This document shows positions 23,398 to 38,254 of a DNA stretch of 64,000 nucleotides, in pieces; positions within the stretch are counted from its first letter, which is position 1; each line of letters starts with the position of its first letter. Position numbers and translations under genes: made by a program. Below the pieces are notes generated by a model. It had not been told where the DNA came from and did not search any database. It worked only from the letters and a program-made list of their open reading frames with translations. Source of the stretch: Octopus sinensis (taxonomy: Eukaryota); NCBI RefSeq assembly GCF_006345805.1, contig NC_043000.1:131626001-131690000 (forward strand), written 5' to 3'.

Positions 23398-26038
23398 ACA
23401 TTGTTCTTAAAAGCTAGAGAATCGCAAGCGTAACTTCAATACACAAAAATATTAATTTAAGTGACTATTTGGAAGCGTTTTTGTTGCTTTATTGTTATAA
23501 TATTTAAAGATGCGAGTGTAAATCAACATTAAATAATAATCAAAAAGGTGGCAGTCAATGATAATATGTCTCAGAATGTGTGGATATTGTTCTTCTTCTT
23601 GTTGTGTGTCTTCTTTTTTTTTTAAGTCGAGTGATAAGTGCAGATAAGGCAAAACATGTTTACATACAATTGAATATTTTGAGTTCATATATACCGACTT
23701 AATAAAGTCAGTGATTCAGTCATGTCTCACATCTATACGAGCTGGTCGAACAGGATACTGAAACAAGTGATGAAAGTGAATAAAACAAATTGGCTGAACA
23801 TATTACGGTGTTATTAATAATGTCTTATAAATAGAACAAAGGAATAATATAGCTGGAAGACAAGACTTAGAAGATAACGGAAGATTAATGAGTATAGCAG
23901 GATCCAGTAAAAACTACGACTATAACTGTCATAGTTGAATCGATCGATCAAATTATTCTGCAAGTAATTAACCCCAAATGATTTGCATCTCAACGAACTT
24001 ATTAAGAACTTCAGAAATACGAGACAAGAGAGTCTCTACACGATGACTTGACTTGCTAGAAATAGCAACCAAACCTCTCTCAATTACTCTTATGTTTAAA
24101 ATAAGAAAATAACACATTAGATACTTTTGCTAAAACTAACCAAAATCTTAAAATAGTTCAACTTTTTGTAGTCAGATTCTTGCAATTCACCACTACTTGA
24201 TCAAGGTTGACCTGGGGCGAAACACTGCTAACAATTTCTAGGAAAGGAAAATTACAAGAAAGAAACTAAATTTGACTTAGAAGTATTAGATTTAAGAGAA
24301 ACGTTCAAGTGGTTTCGCCTCAAGTTAGTTCTGAGCAGATCTGAGGAGGTGCCTACCCACTTTCGTTTCTAACTAGCATCAGCGACACCTACTATTTAAT
24401 TTAGATTGGTGTTATTGATATTCGTATTTCTTATAAGCAAATCTAAGATGGCTGCGCTTGCTGGGTTTTTTTTGTTATAGTTTATCCTCTCTGCGGTTTA
24501 CCCCTGAAAAGCACTTTCGTTGATCCAGAGGAAGGCAGATCAAGGTTTTCTACAGTTTGTAATTATTGAGTTATTTCTAGTTTCTAATTGTCATGATCAC
24601 AATTTCCACCTTTGGAACTTCATTTTCTTATATCTTTCTATATTTCTTTTGCTTAGATTTTTGTTTCTATTGTTCTGGTTCAGTTTTTGCCAGTATTTAA
24701 TAGTTGTTTTAGGATTTAGATTTGTTGGGTGAGTTTTTAAAAATTTATTCGTTTTTCATGAAAACACTTGTAAGTGTAACGAAAATACACCGTTGGAAGT
24801 TCTTTGCTTGTAATGGGCCTTCCCCTGGTTTCAAAATATCGGTTAGTTTGGCTTTTCACCAAAACTAAGGCATTTTTTACGTGTGAGAGAACAGTCGTTA
24901 AAGAGTTTGAGAAACCATATTCTTATATCAGGTTAAGTTATTTAGCTCCGTGAAGATGTCAAGTTCCATTGCTTTTCCATTTTTTAAAATTATTTTAAAG
25001 TAAAGATCCATGTAAAATCATAATTTGAGTTACGATCTGGATGATTTGCCTTCAGATAACATTTTTTCCTTTTCTCTCTTTAAACTTCATTGATCTTTTC
25101 TTGCTGACTGCAATAATGTTATGGTATATGCTCAATGCTCGAGGATAATCACATAAGATTTCTATGAAGTGCCATGTTTTGTTCCCGTTTCTACACATTT
25201 TTATGCATTCGCTTAAATCTTTTCAAACTTGTCGCTGAATTGAGAAGGAATTCTCTGGAGGATTTTGTTATTAATAGTATTCTCTGATAATGAATCAATT
25301 TAATAATATTATTTCATATAACTCGGAGATTTCCTTTGTGACTCCAGTTGTGAATTTATTTTGACAGCCTCGGGCTATGTTTCCTTTTCATACATAGCAA
25401 ACCAATGCGCAAATTTGCCATTCATTCTTCCAAAAATACTCTGCTACTTGATTAGTATTTACTTTATCGATCCTGAAAAGATTAAAAGCAAAGTTGAACC
25501 CAGCAGCATTTGAAATCTGACTTTAAAGAAATAAAAGCCCAACGCAGTGTACTAATTCAGCTATCCATCACACTACTATAATCTAAGATGGTTTCTTACA
25601 ATGGAGTAAGAACACAAATTTCTAGGGACGGGTATTCTTTTATCGTCTCTTCTCTACCTCGCCTTCAAGGCGTCTTAATCGAACAAATTGACGGCAATAC
25701 TTTTTCTCTTAAAATATGGTACGTATTCTGCGAGTTATTTTGCTGAAGCGTTAAGTTAGGAGGACCTAAACAAACGAAAACTGGTTGTCAGGCGGTGGTA
25801 AGGACAAAATACACACACACATGCAAACGTACACGCACACACATATACATATATAAATATGTATATATACATATATACATAACAAAGTGAAGTTGTAAGG
25901 TACCGCACAAGTGGAATTATATATGAAAGAAGGTTTGAAAATGCAATTTTAAAAGATGTTTATTCATTTGACCGCTTTCACTTTTTTAGAAAAAGATTGT
26001 GTTAAGTACTGGTTGTCACAAAATATTACAATACATAT

Positions 26039-27064
26039 TGTTACGAATCACCTGCCGTCGCTCAAACTCTTCGGAAAACCCGGGACCCTACCAAGTCGAG
26101 CGACGACGATTTTCCGGCCCGATCGATCGGTGAACTCCCCACGAACTCAGAGAGAGAGAATTCGGTGGGGGGAGGGCGGCAGCGAACTCGGCAACCGGCG
26201 ACCGGAGATAACACAACAACAAACAACAGCAGGAAGAGACACAAAGAGAGACGGCGGAAGGTAATTGGCTACATTTAACAACAGTAGTTTATAACAATTA
26301 TTACGTCAAATACATCAAAGAAAATACGTGCAAGAAAACAAGGAAACAACAAATCAAAGCATGCAGATACAATATACAGTTCAGATCAATTAATGTTCAG
26401 ATCAATTTAAAACAAATAACGTTCACATTAACGATACAGTTCAATACATTAGAGTCTTTCTCCTTCTTTCTTTCTTTTCAACAACTCTTTTCACAATGTC
26501 TTTACACAGTTCTTTCTTTTTCCTCTTTCCTTCTTTCTCTTTTTTCAACACATCAATTCTTTTACATTTCAACAATTCTTTTCCCTTCTTTTTTCACATA
26601 TCAAAACATAAATAAACATATACCGTTACACAACAGCCAGTGCCCTCATACCTTAGTCCCTCTCTCTTAGCTCCTTAATCCTATGTGTATGTCCTTCTCC
26701 ACGTTGTCGTTGCCTCTCGCCGTAATCTTATCTGCCTGTCCTCCTCTTTCACATTCACTGTCATTCTCTCGCTTGACATCCCTCACACTGTCTGTCTGTC
26801 TTTCTCAACTGACCGCCTTCGTATCAGTCCCGTCTCTGGCCAGAACTGCCGGCCGACTGCCCAACAGACTCACAGTCCCTGCTTTTTATAGGGTAGCTTC
26901 CTCGAACTTTCTTTGACCGGCACAAGGCCAAAGGTCTCCTCAGAACTTATTAATCCTTCCAGAATCTGACGGAACAAAGGACAATAACTTTGTATTCCAG
27001 ACTTTCAGACTACAACGAGCAAAGTAGGTCATAGCATTTGTTTCCCGAATTGACCCCCATAACA
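26039..27064. mobile_element. Solo LTR (1026 bp)
   Basis: TGTTA...TAACA termini and 4-bp TSD ATAT. The pre-insertion site is reconstructed exactly by the neighbouring tandem unit (TACAATACATATATACATTC at ~27170). TATAAAA on the minus strand near 26885. Confidence 0.8.
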
Positions 27065-27774
27065 ATATATACATTCTTTGATAATAATAAGAACATGTTA
27101 AAAACAGTTTACAACGAAAAATCTTGGGAAAATATTAAAAGTTCATTAAAATATTAGGCACAAAAAATTACAATACATATATACATTCTTTAATAATAAT
27201 AAGAAAGTGTTAAAAACAGTTTACAGAAAAAATCTTGAGAAATTATTAAAAAGTTCGTAAAAAATATTAGGATTTCATTAAAAATCATGTTTGTTTGGCA
27301 GTATCTATATATATATACACAGAAAATTATAAGTTCAAAAAGGTCATATTTTGGTAGTATATATATATACACACAAGGAGATATATTTAGGAGTTTGCAA
27401 AGAATTTAGGATGAACTGACCTGTTTCACCATTTTATCGTAAATGGCTGTCATTACTTGCGAGACAGTACTTCTTGATACACTAAACATTTCGGCTGTTT
27501 TTGTTACGCTAGCGCCTGCCATACGAGACCATCAATTTGACCTCTTTGAAAGTTCGATTGATTTGTCAATTTAATGAATTTTAATTACCTTTTTCTGATG
27601 ATATCTGGAAAGAAACAGCAATTTTAGCAAGACATATTAAGCAACACTAATAATAAATAAAAAAACATAAAAATAAACAAGCTTTGGACGGTTTTATAGA
27701 TATTTCAAAATTATGATGCTAGGTGTTCCCATTATTTTGTCCAACCCCTATGTATGTATGTATATATGTATATG

Positions 27775-27808
<34 letters not shown>

Positions 27809-27834
27809 TGTATGTATGTATGTATGTATATAAT

Positions 27835-27997
27835 GGGCTTTCCCACAGTTTCCGTCATCCAAATTCACTCGCATGGCATAAAGTCGGCAAAGGGCCATAG
27901 TAGAAGACATTTACTCAAAGTATCTCACAGTGGGACTGAATCCGAAACAACATGGCAGCAAAACGAGCTTCTTAGCCACACAGCCACACCGGCGCCT
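27835..27997 (-). mobile_element. SINE family A 5' half (diverged)
   Basis: Diverged head ending CACACAGCCACACCGGCGCC. Confidence 0.7.
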
Positions 27998-28028
27998 AGC
28001 CATGTCTGCCCAATGCTAAACGAATAAA

Positions 28029-28089
<61 letters not shown>

Positions 28090-28269
28090 TAGAATAAGGA
28101 TAATAATAATAATAATAAATTTATTAATCCAATTTACATCGAATATTTTTTATCGGTTACAATAAGAAAGATTACAAAAAATGTTTTTTAAAAAATTACA
28201 TAAAAATTCGGATTAAGCCCTTTGGCAGTTTTGCTGATTTGGGCAAGTTGGTAGGAGGTCAAAAAATTT

Positions 28270-28390
28270 TTTAAATAGGTGAATCATTATAAAAAAAAAA
28301 TAGGTCAATCCTTATTAAAAAAATAGGTCAGTCATTATAAAAAAATAGGTCAATCATTATAAAAAATAGGTCAATCATTATATAAAAAAC
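28270..28390. repeat. ~21-bp minisatellite (AAAAAATAGGTCAATCATTAT) x5
   Basis: Directly visible tandem copies. Confidence 0.8.
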
Positions 28391-29145
28391 ATCCCTTGCA
28401 TACAAGCAAGGCGGTCAAAAACTTATGTAAAAAGTAAAACTCTTAAGTTTGGAAATATAAAATATTACAAATGTTATAAATACGCTATTGCGTTCCAGAT
28501 ACAGTGATACCTCCATATACGGGTTAATTTGTTCCCAGAAACATCTCGTAAAGTGAAAACTCGTAAAACAGAGCAATAATTTCCCATAATAGCAATGTTA
28601 TAAATCGTAATTCGTTCCCCTGGAGTTGTTAGCTGAGAGGAAGCTTTTTTTTTTTTCGCCCTATAACACGGTAACACGAAGAAGCATTTGTTATTGGAGT
28701 CGAAACTTTTGCACTTCTTTCAAAATTCAGACCTTCTACTTGAAAGATAAATCTTGTAAACCCGGGGTCTCGCAAAGCGTGTCCTCGTAAAGTGGGGCAT
28801 TACTATACTTATCAATCCTGAATGAGTTAGCAATAAAATCGAACCATAACAAAATACTGCAAAGTATTATATATGATGCTATACTATTTCTGTTGTTGTG
28901 TCACTTCTAACGAAGTTTCTTAAATCGGAAAAAGGTCACGCATTTATAGGAGTGGGATTCTACAGTCAATGGAATTAGCTTCAGTATATGATTGATATTT
29001 ATTTAATCGATCCCACAGGGATGACAATCGTCTCCGGTGAGAAGTGAAATTAGAATGTAAAGGGACATAATTAAGTGTTGTACGTTACTTTGTCCGACAC
29101 TTTACTGATTCTGTCATTCACCACCCTTAATAATAATGATAATAA

Positions 29146-29201
<56 letters not shown>

Positions 29202-29210
29202 ATAATAATA

Positions 29211-29264
<54 letters not shown>

Positions 29265-29269
<5 letters not shown>

Positions 29270-29870
29270 GTGCAAAAAATCGTGTTAACTGGAACGACTC
29301 ATGTACTGAGAAGAGCATTGAAAACAACATCCATTCATGAATTTATTTATTTATCAATTTTTTTAAATACATATTTTACCTGTGAATTTACGTGTGTAAC
29401 CTGGGAATGCATACAATGAGCTTCTCTGCCCTAGGTGTACGGAAAACACCCGGCGAGAAATGGAAGAAAATTTGAAGAAAGAAGGAAAAAATAACAATAA
29501 TAATAATAATATTAATAACATAAGCTTTGGCCACGAACTGGAGGAACAACCTTAGCAAGTGTCTCCGCTATGTCGCATCTGCAATAGAGAGGTTGAAACC
29601 ATTGCCCATATCATGAACGAATACCCTAGACTTGTCCAAAACCACTACAAGTTGTGGCGACACGACCAGGTAACGAAAGTGCTACATTGGAAACTGTGCG
29701 AAAAATAGGTGCTAGAGAGAGGCAAAACGTGGTATGAGCACAAACCGCAGAGAGTGGCAGAGTCGGAGACTTGCAAAATCTTCTAGGATTTCCCACTCCA
29801 ACAGATCAGGTGCTAGAGCATAACAGACGAGACCTAGTGATGGTGGACAAGGTGCACAAGAAGGAAGAGG
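29265..29870 (+). pseudogene. R4/Dong-like LINE fragments embedded in (AAT)n
   Basis: VQKIVLTGTTHVLRRAL (ORF end) plus 3' UTR; then CRICNREVETIAHI...RHDQV...HWKLCEK...NRRDLVMVDK (CCHC and RLE region). Confidence 0.8.
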
Positions 29871-30329
29871 AAAACCCTAACCCTTACCCTATCAAAAGTT
29901 TTCTGTGAAAATTGTACCCTCCTTTTCTTTCCTTTCTCCCTGAGTATTCGAAAATGTAAACATCCTTTTTGTGGCAAAATCACTAGTCTTCTCAGATCGG
30001 ATATATAAACGAACATCTCTAAAAATTTTAGAAATTTTAATATCTACAATTTTGTGTGAAAATTTTATCTTTCTTTTTTTCCTGACTACCCGAATATGTA
30101 AACATGCCTTTTATTGTAACAACGCAATTAAATGCAGGATAAAAAAACAAAAAATTAAGGAGTTAAGCACCTATCAATATATACAAACTGCACAATTGCA
30201 AAAACTATAAACCACAAGAAAATTTATAAAAAGAAAAGAAAACTTTCAAAGGAAAAAAAAAATTCAGAAATTCAAAAATTCAACAAGTTAACATCTGTAT
30301 GTATATATTTTTTATCAGTAATTATTATT

Positions 30330-30463
30330 ATTATTATCATTACTTTTTTTTTCTTCTTTCAAATTTGCTTCCATTTCTTGCCGAGTGTCTTCCCGACTCC
30401 TAGGGCAAAGAAACTCATAGTATACATTGGTAGGCCATTAAACCAAACTCAATAGTTCGTTCA

Positions 30464-30470
<7 letters not shown>
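30330..30470 (-). mobile_element. R4/Dong-like 3' UTR fragment
   Basis: Near-identical reverse complement of 52460-52600. Confidence 0.8.
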
Positions 30471-30540
<70 letters not shown>

Positions 30541-31283
30541 ATCATTATTATTATTATGCACTCAACAGATTAGACTGTTGGAAAAGAAAAGAATATTAAC
30601 ATTGGACTACAACAAATAGCCTTAGAACCCTCCTGAGTATCCTAGATGTCCCTAATAACACTGTTATCTGGAGCTGTATTAAACTGGGTCTTATGCCTAT
30701 TTCCTCTATCCATCTGTTCAGATCTTGCCGGTAAAATTTTACAATAGAATGTCTTATATAAATGTTTGTTTATTCCATGTCAGACCATGCCTTCCCCGAC
30801 AGATAGGCCTCTTGATCAGGACAGATTTGTGAAATTTTTCGCAAAAAAATTCGTAGAGGATGTTTTTTCCTTTTTAAATTATTTACATGTCTGTTCGACC
30901 GTTCTACATTACACTATTCATTAAAATTTATTAAAACTTCAGAGGTTCTTACAACTTTGGTCGTCGAAATGCTTTGCTTTCGTTTGTTTAAAAAAAATCC
31001 CTCCTTGTAATAATTTTGCTTTCATTTTATGATAGACAGCTATCAGACAGAAAATGCCAACTACCAAATCCTATTTTCTGAGTAGGTAAAATTTATTAAA
31101 CTTTAAACCTAAGTAACATTTTTCTGCATTTGTTCTGGAACAAATAAATAACAAAATCGGATTTAACATGGAAAATTATCTTTGTAAAATTTCGACGTAA
31201 TTTTAAAATCTCACAATATGTGACAGCAACAGGGAAGCCCCTACAAAAGTAGAGAGACAGACAGTTATAGGACGTCACACACA

Positions 31284-31326
<43 letters not shown>

Positions 31327-31367
31327 ATACATGGTAATCACGAATTGAAAAATGGTGTATAGTAAAC

Positions 31368-31398
<31 letters not shown>

Positions 31399-31537
31399 TG
31401 TATGTATGTGTATCTATTTGTGAGTGTTTCTTTGCGGTGGGCAGTAGAAAAGCCACTTATCCCCTCTCTCCTTAAAGCTACGTATTCCTCACACTCACCT
31501 TACTTCCCCTTCCTCGGCGTTTTAAAAGTTACTTATG

Positions 31538-31580
<43 letters not shown>

Positions 31581-31914
31581 TTACGAAAGTAAGCGTATAT
31601 TACAGCTGTATCAACGTTATTTGTCGCTAACTCAACGTTGTTCTCTTCTTCCCTGATATCAGTCACACTCGCTCAACCACCACATTTCCCTCACACTAAT
31701 ACGCTTTGCACCTTTTTCATTTTATCATATAATTCACCCAACCGAACTAGGAAGCACATTATAGATTTTTATTGAAATCCAATTAGCCTATTATTGAACT
31801 GGATGTTAGTTTAACATATACGCAAAGTTTCGTGAAGATTGGTTCGCTGGTTTCGGTAGCAAGATGGTAACATACAGAAAGACAGAAATTGACATTTATA
31901 TATATATATATAAG

Positions 31915-32540
31915 AATCCGTATGCCAGAAATTTATCAAAATTACATAAAAATATCTTGAAATACTAAACAGTAAATTTATCCAATAAAATCGCCACTGG
32001 TTTCAACCACGGCTTCCAGACGACTTCGGAATATCCTGCAACTCTTCTGGTTAACCATGACTTGGTTACCCTGCTTGCGTAGCATGGTGCAGAGTCCTGT
32101 TGCCAGACATAGGGTCTTTCAGCAGCCACTCTTTTGACCCAGGGCATCACTACCTCCTCCAGGCACTTAATGTAGGCCTCTGTGTTGAGTCTAAGGCCGT
32201 GTGAGAAGATGAATGGAGGCTTAACATCACCATCACTAGTGATCACTTCAAACACCATGATTTTGACTGGATGTTTGATTTTTATCACTGTCGGTATATG
32301 CATTATCCCCAGATTGACACCCAAATACTCTGAAATGTTTGTATTGGAGTTTCAGAGGCGAATACCAGGCAGTACAGCGTGTCGTTTCCAATTTTCTGAA
32401 TTGCGTCATGGTGCTGTTTTTCTCACAGACGGTACCCAACTGACACTACTATACTATGTAGTCGACAAAATGAAAAACAATGTGCATGCGCGAAATAATA
32501 AAAAATGTAAAATGGCGGTAATTTACCCATCGCACCCTTT
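31915..32540 (-). pseudogene. Internally deleted DD37D (maT/mariner-like) transposon
   Basis: KIKHPVKIMVFEVITSDGDVKPPFIF..GLRLNTEAYIKCLEEVVMPW..RVAAERPYVWQQDSAPC; terminus TA-AAGGGTGCGATGGG near 32540. Confidence 0.85.
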
Positions 32541-33228
32541 ATATGCATGTTTGTATGCTTGTACACATGTATGTATGTTTGTATGTATATTTGTATGCAT
32601 GCATGTATGTATGCATGTACGCATGCATGCATGTTATCATTCAGTTTTATTTCAAGATTTCTCGCCAATAAAGAGCTGCTTTCTAACCAAGAACCAAGGC
32701 CCCTTCATTAGAATTTGAAACAACCATTGATTTGTGCATGTTTGTGTGTATATGTGCAATATTTGGAATCAGTGCATGTGAAGATTTGCTATTGTTGCTT
32801 TATGTATGTATTCCCCATCTGTTGGTCGCTTCTTGTCGTGGTGAAGGGACATGCGTGGACCAATGACTGAAAGCGATGCTTCCTCCTAGCTGCTTGTTCT
32901 GCTAGTCTTTGAAGATTAAATTCTGGCATGCAGGTAGCAGGTAGTTGTTTAAAATGGGTGGTCCTGCCTTGGGGGATCAGTTTTTGTCTCTTTCAAATCT
33001 AATCAATGTGATGTGTTACTGTTCCTATTGAGATTTTGGTGATAAAAGTTGATAAGATATGGTCGATAGAAAGTTAGCCGCTTTCTATCTTTGAATTTTA
33101 TTAATTCTTAAAGAGAGTTCAAGCCGGTCGCTAACAAAGCGTATGTATGTATGTATGTATGTATGTATGTATGTATGTATGTATGTATGTATGTATGTAT
33201 GTATGTATGTATGTATGTATGTATGTTA

Positions 33229-33680
33229 GTTAGTTAGTTAGTTAATTTTTTGGCTCAAAAAGCAAAAAGCAAGGCCATGTAGGGGGACATGGAGTTATGT
33301 ACAGGGCGGTGTTCATGTAAAGAGTTCAGGCCACTTGAGGTCAATGGAGACTTTGAACCGAGCTGTCGTCGGCATCTTCACCATCTCGTCTGGCAGCTTA
33401 TTCCACGGATCCGCAACCCGGACGGAGAAAGCCCCTCTCCTTCGATTGAGATGAAATCGTCGCAGATAGAGCTTTTCGGAATGACCCCGCAGCCGACGCT
33501 CTGGAGCAGAAGTGAAGAACAGCTCTTTCTAGAGGTTACACTTTCCGCTTATGATGTTGTGAGCAAGAATGAGATCTCCACGGCGTCGTCGTTTTTCTAG
33601 AGAATAAAGGTCGAGCGTCTTCAGCCTTTCTTCATAAGACAAATTCTTGAGACCAAGAACCATGCGGGTAGCCAGCTTCT
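33229..33680 (-). pseudogene. CR1-type LINE 3' end
   Basis: QKLATRMVLGLKNLSYEERLKTLDLYSLEKRRRRGDLI...RGH..KL...F..RV...WN.LP; (CTAA)n tail. Confidence 0.88.
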
Positions 33681-34732
33681 GTATGTATGTATGTATGTAT
33701 GTATGTATGTATGTATGTATGTATGTATGTATGTATGTATGTGTGTATGTATATATGTATGTATGCATGTATGTATGTATGTATGTATGTATGTATGTAT
33801 GTATGTATGTATGCATGCATGTATGTATGTATGTATGTATGTATGTATGTATGTATGTATGTATGTATGTATGTATGTATGTATGCATGTATGCATGTAT
33901 GTATGTATGTATGTATGTATGTATGTATGTATGTATGTATGTGAGTGTTTGTGCATGTGTATGTGCATGCGTATATTAGTCACTGTCCATCTCCAGAGTA
34001 GTCATAAAGTTAGTTATTCTGTTTTAATAATCTCTGCAGTATATTAAATTTCGTCAGCGTGCTTTTAACTTATTTAATTACACATTTAGAACCCATAAAT
34101 ATCGTTCGCGTGGGTAATAAATTTAGTTTCTATAGTCTTTACACTAAAGACAACTTCGCCTGCTCCCGGATCAGAAAAAAATCAGAGAAAATTGACTAAC
34201 GTAAGTTAATTTGCTTGTTTATTCTCTATTTCGAAAGTTGGTAAACTTGAGTTTTGAAATAATTCTTCTTATAGAAATTTTACTGTCAGACGTTCTAATG
34301 TCCTTAACGTTAAATTAGCTACTTTCATAGATTGTAAGACAAGGGGCGGCACTGTGATCTTTGCGGTGCCTTGCACAACTTACATGGTAGAGACGGTTGA
34401 TGTATGTTGGTGCTAGCAAGAAAACATGAAAAGATAGATGATTGAAGTAGAAAGCAGTTCGAGAATAGAAGAACTAACGAAGTCTTCAGCATGTTTGCAG
34501 AAGGATTGACCAAGGGCTTAGCAAAATGTTTGTGGAGTCAGATGATGTATGGATAATATACAGGCGGGAAGCGGGAAGACAGCTGCAATATGTGAACTTA
34601 AAGCACAATTCCATAGCTTATATCTCAGAGGAACGAACAGATAGATAGAAGGAATGCCGTATGTTTATAGAAGAGACATACATACATACATACATACATA
34701 CATACATACATACATACATACATACATACATA

Positions 34733-36208
34733 CAGTAGCGTGCAAATTAATATGGACAGGATCAAATTTCGTAAATTTCGTAATCTGTGACTAAATTAAT
34801 GAAGTTTTTGCTGTTTTTCCTTCAAATACTGTAATGGTGATTTCTAGCATCTAATCAGTTGTTGCTTCGCTCCAACATTTCCTTCAGTACTATACTTGAA
34901 GCACTCCGTCGGTTACGACGATGAGGGTTCCGGTTGATCCGATCAACGGAACAGCCTGCTCGTGAAATTAACGTGTAAGTGGCTGAGCACTCCACAGACA
35001 CGTGTACCCTTAACGTAATTCTCGGGGATATTCAGCGTGACACAGAGAGTGACAAGGCCGGCCCTTTGAAATACAGGTACAACAGAAACAGGAAGTAAGA
35101 GTGAGAGAAAGTTGTGGTGAAAGAGTACAGCAGGGATCACCACCATCCCTGCCGGAGCCTCGTGGAGCTTTAGGTGTTTTTGCTCAATAAACACTCACAA
35201 CGCCCGGTCTGGGAATCGAAACCGCGATCCTACGACGGCGAGTCCGCTGCCCTAACCACTGGGCCATTGCGCCTCCACAGTACTATACTAGGGCTCGTTC
35301 AGTTGTTCCTGCATATGTTCATTATTAGCCTTCAAATTCATGAGGGATATCACACCCAGGAAGCGTGCAAGCATTGTAGCTCTTAGAAAAATAGCTGGTT
35401 TTAGAATCAGACATATTACAGAAAAGATGGATGTAACAAAGTCAACTATTGGTGAAATTGTGAAGAGAGCTGAAGACAATGACGTAGAAGCAACACTGCA
35501 CCGAGAAATATGGGAAAACGACACAAGACAACACCTTATGATGATAAGGCCTTGAACCGAAATAGCGTGAAGGATCCAGGGAAAACCAGCAAAGACCTTC
35601 AGAGAGATTTGGCTTCAGATGGTGTAAATGTTTTGTCTTCAACTGTCCGATGAAGGTTCTTTGAAGCTGGTAGACCTGTCAGAAAGTCGATACGTAAACA
35701 TTTATTGACTGCTTTTATGAAGAGAAAGCTTATATGCTGGGCATGCGATTATGGTGGACAGAAGGCAGATTCGAGAAAGGTAATATATTCTGATTAATAG
35801 CGTTTTGAAGTGCATGGGTACAGGTCAATGGTAATGAGACGGAGCAAAGGTGAGCCTCATCGGCCAGAGCACATTCAACAAGCGCCGAAACACGTACCTA
35901 AGGTATCAAACACGTACCTGAGGTATCAAACGCGGGATCGAAAAAGACGACTGTTCGACGATGCAGAAGCTAATTTGTGCTGTTATTAAAGCTTGGTAAC
36001 CTGACGAAGAACTGAAAAAAAATGTGTTCAACATTGGTGGATTCAATGCCAAACCATGTGAAAATGCTTATACATGCAAAGAGTGATCATATTTCATACT
36101 AAATGTATCATCGCGAATATAATCACCACGTGTTTTCAAAAAAAAAATATCCGTTTAATAAGTAATTGTATCATTTCATCACTGCCCGGATTAATTTGCT
36201 CAATACTG
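34733..36208 (+). mobile_element. Tc1-like transposon, internally deleted
   Basis: TA-flanked TIRs CAGTAGCGTGCAAATTAAT and CAGTATTGAGCAAATTAAT; remnant transposase MRDITPRKRASIVAL...KSTIGEIVKR...KTSKDLQRDL...SSTVR...V.YSD..RF (35340-35900). Confidence 0.85.
34897..35277 (-). mobile_element. SINE family C nested in Tc1
   Basis: Full copy with 12-bp TSD CAGTACTATACT (34885-34896, 35278-35289). Confidence 0.93.
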
Positions 36209-36739
36209 TACATATGTATTTGGTTTGTAAGATTCTTGATGTGAACTCTATGTTATAACATTTTGTTGTATCTCTCGAGGGTCATTATGCCAGTGATAAA
36301 CACACGCACTGGTTCTAATTTCACTTCTTTTATTATTGGAAAAGAAGAATACAGGCGAGGTTAGATATGCTCTCGAAGGACATTTCTGTGTTAGATCGAA
36401 AAGAGAAAGGGAGCTTAAAAGCGAACAAAAATACAGGGCACTGAAGATTCTTTGTTTGTGTTATGTCCTCCGTCTGGATGTATGGTATGACAGTATCTAT
36501 TTCTTGTGTTACTTTATTTATCATACTCCTATCTGCCCTTCACATATTCATGTTTTTTTTCTTTTCTTCTGGAGCATTCATCAAGTCGGTGAGTCGTCTT
36601 TGAATTTCAAACAATTAATTATTTGACTGGTTCATTTCCCCTGCATGTCCACCCACCACAGTACCAGGGTTCACTGTATAACATTCCTGTTCCTCATCCA
36701 TTACTCCTACCTCTCTGTTTTCAACTCCGACCATCCTTC

Positions 36740-36757
36740 CTTATTATCATTATCATT

Positions 36758-36793
<36 letters not shown>

Positions 36794-37085
36794 ACTGTTG
36801 TTGTTGTTGTTCGTCTTCTTCTTATTATTATTATCATTATTATTATTATTATTATTAATATTATTATTATTATTATTGTTATTCTTGTTGTTGTTGTTGT
36901 TGTTGCTGTTATTATTGTTATTATTATTATTATTATTGTTGTTGTTTTTGTTGTTATGATTATTATTATTGTTGTTGTTGTTGTTGTTATTATTATTATT
37001 ATTAATATTATTATTAATATATTATTATTATTATCATTATTATTATTATTATTATTTTTAATATTATTATTATTATTATTATTAA

Positions 37086-37148
<63 letters not shown>

Positions 37149-37654
37149 TTATTATTATTATTATTATTATTAATATTATAATAATTATTATTATTATTAT
37201 TATATTATTATTATTATTATTATTCTTGTTGTTGTTGTTGTTGTTATTATTATTAATATTATATTATTATTATTATTATTATTATCATTTTTATTATTAT
37301 TATTATTGTTGTTGTTGTTGTTGTTGTTATTATTATTATTATTTTTTTTATTATTATTATTATTAATATTAATATTATTATTATTATTATCATTATTATT
37401 ATTATTATTATATATTATTATTATTATTGTTGTTGTTGTTGTTATTATTATTAATATTATTATTATTATTATTTTTATTTTTATTTTTATTATTATTATT
37501 ATTATTGTTGTTGTTGTTTTGTTGTTATGATTATTATTATTGTTGTTGTTGTTGTTGTTATTATTATTATTATTAATATTATCATTAATATTATTATTAT
37601 TATTATCATTATTATTATTATTATTATTTTTAATATTATTATTATTATTATTAA

Positions 37655-37712
<58 letters not shown>

Positions 37713-38189
37713 ATTATTATTATTATTATTATTAATATTATAATAATTATTATTATTATTAATATTATTATTATTATTATTATTATTATTCTTGTTGTTG
37801 TTGTTGTTGTTATTATTATTAATATTATTATTATATATTATTATTATTATCATTTTTATTATTATTATTATTGTTGTTGTTGTTGTTGTTGTTATTATTA
37901 TTATTATTTTTTTTATTATTATTATTATTAATATTAATATTATTAATATTATCATCATTATTATTATGATTATTATTATTATTATTATTATTATTGTTGT
38001 TGTTGTTGTTATTATTATTAATATTATTATTATTATTATTTTTATTTTTATTTTTATTATTATTATTATTATTGTTGTTGTTGTTATTATTATTATTATC
38101 ATTATTTTTTTTATTATTATTATTAATATTAATATTATTATTATTAATATTATCATTATTATTATTAACATTATTATTATTATTATTAA

Positions 38190-38240
<51 letters not shown>

Positions 38241-38250
38241 CATTGTTATT
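36740..38250. repeat. 1.5-kb (ATT/GTT)n array with ~565-bp higher-order duplication
   Basis: Directly visible. Variant blocks at ~37225-37520 recur at ~37790-38085; the array abuts a Dong-like 3' end. Confidence 0.9.
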
Positions 38251-38254
38251 ATTC

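Noticed and set aside
24500-25420. Possible degenerate LINE RT on the minus strand
   Set aside because: Too many stops; I could not recover diagnostic motifs with confidence.
29875-29890. CCCTAACCCTTACCCT telomere-like motif
   Set aside because: Only 2-3 imperfect units; chance or an element junction.
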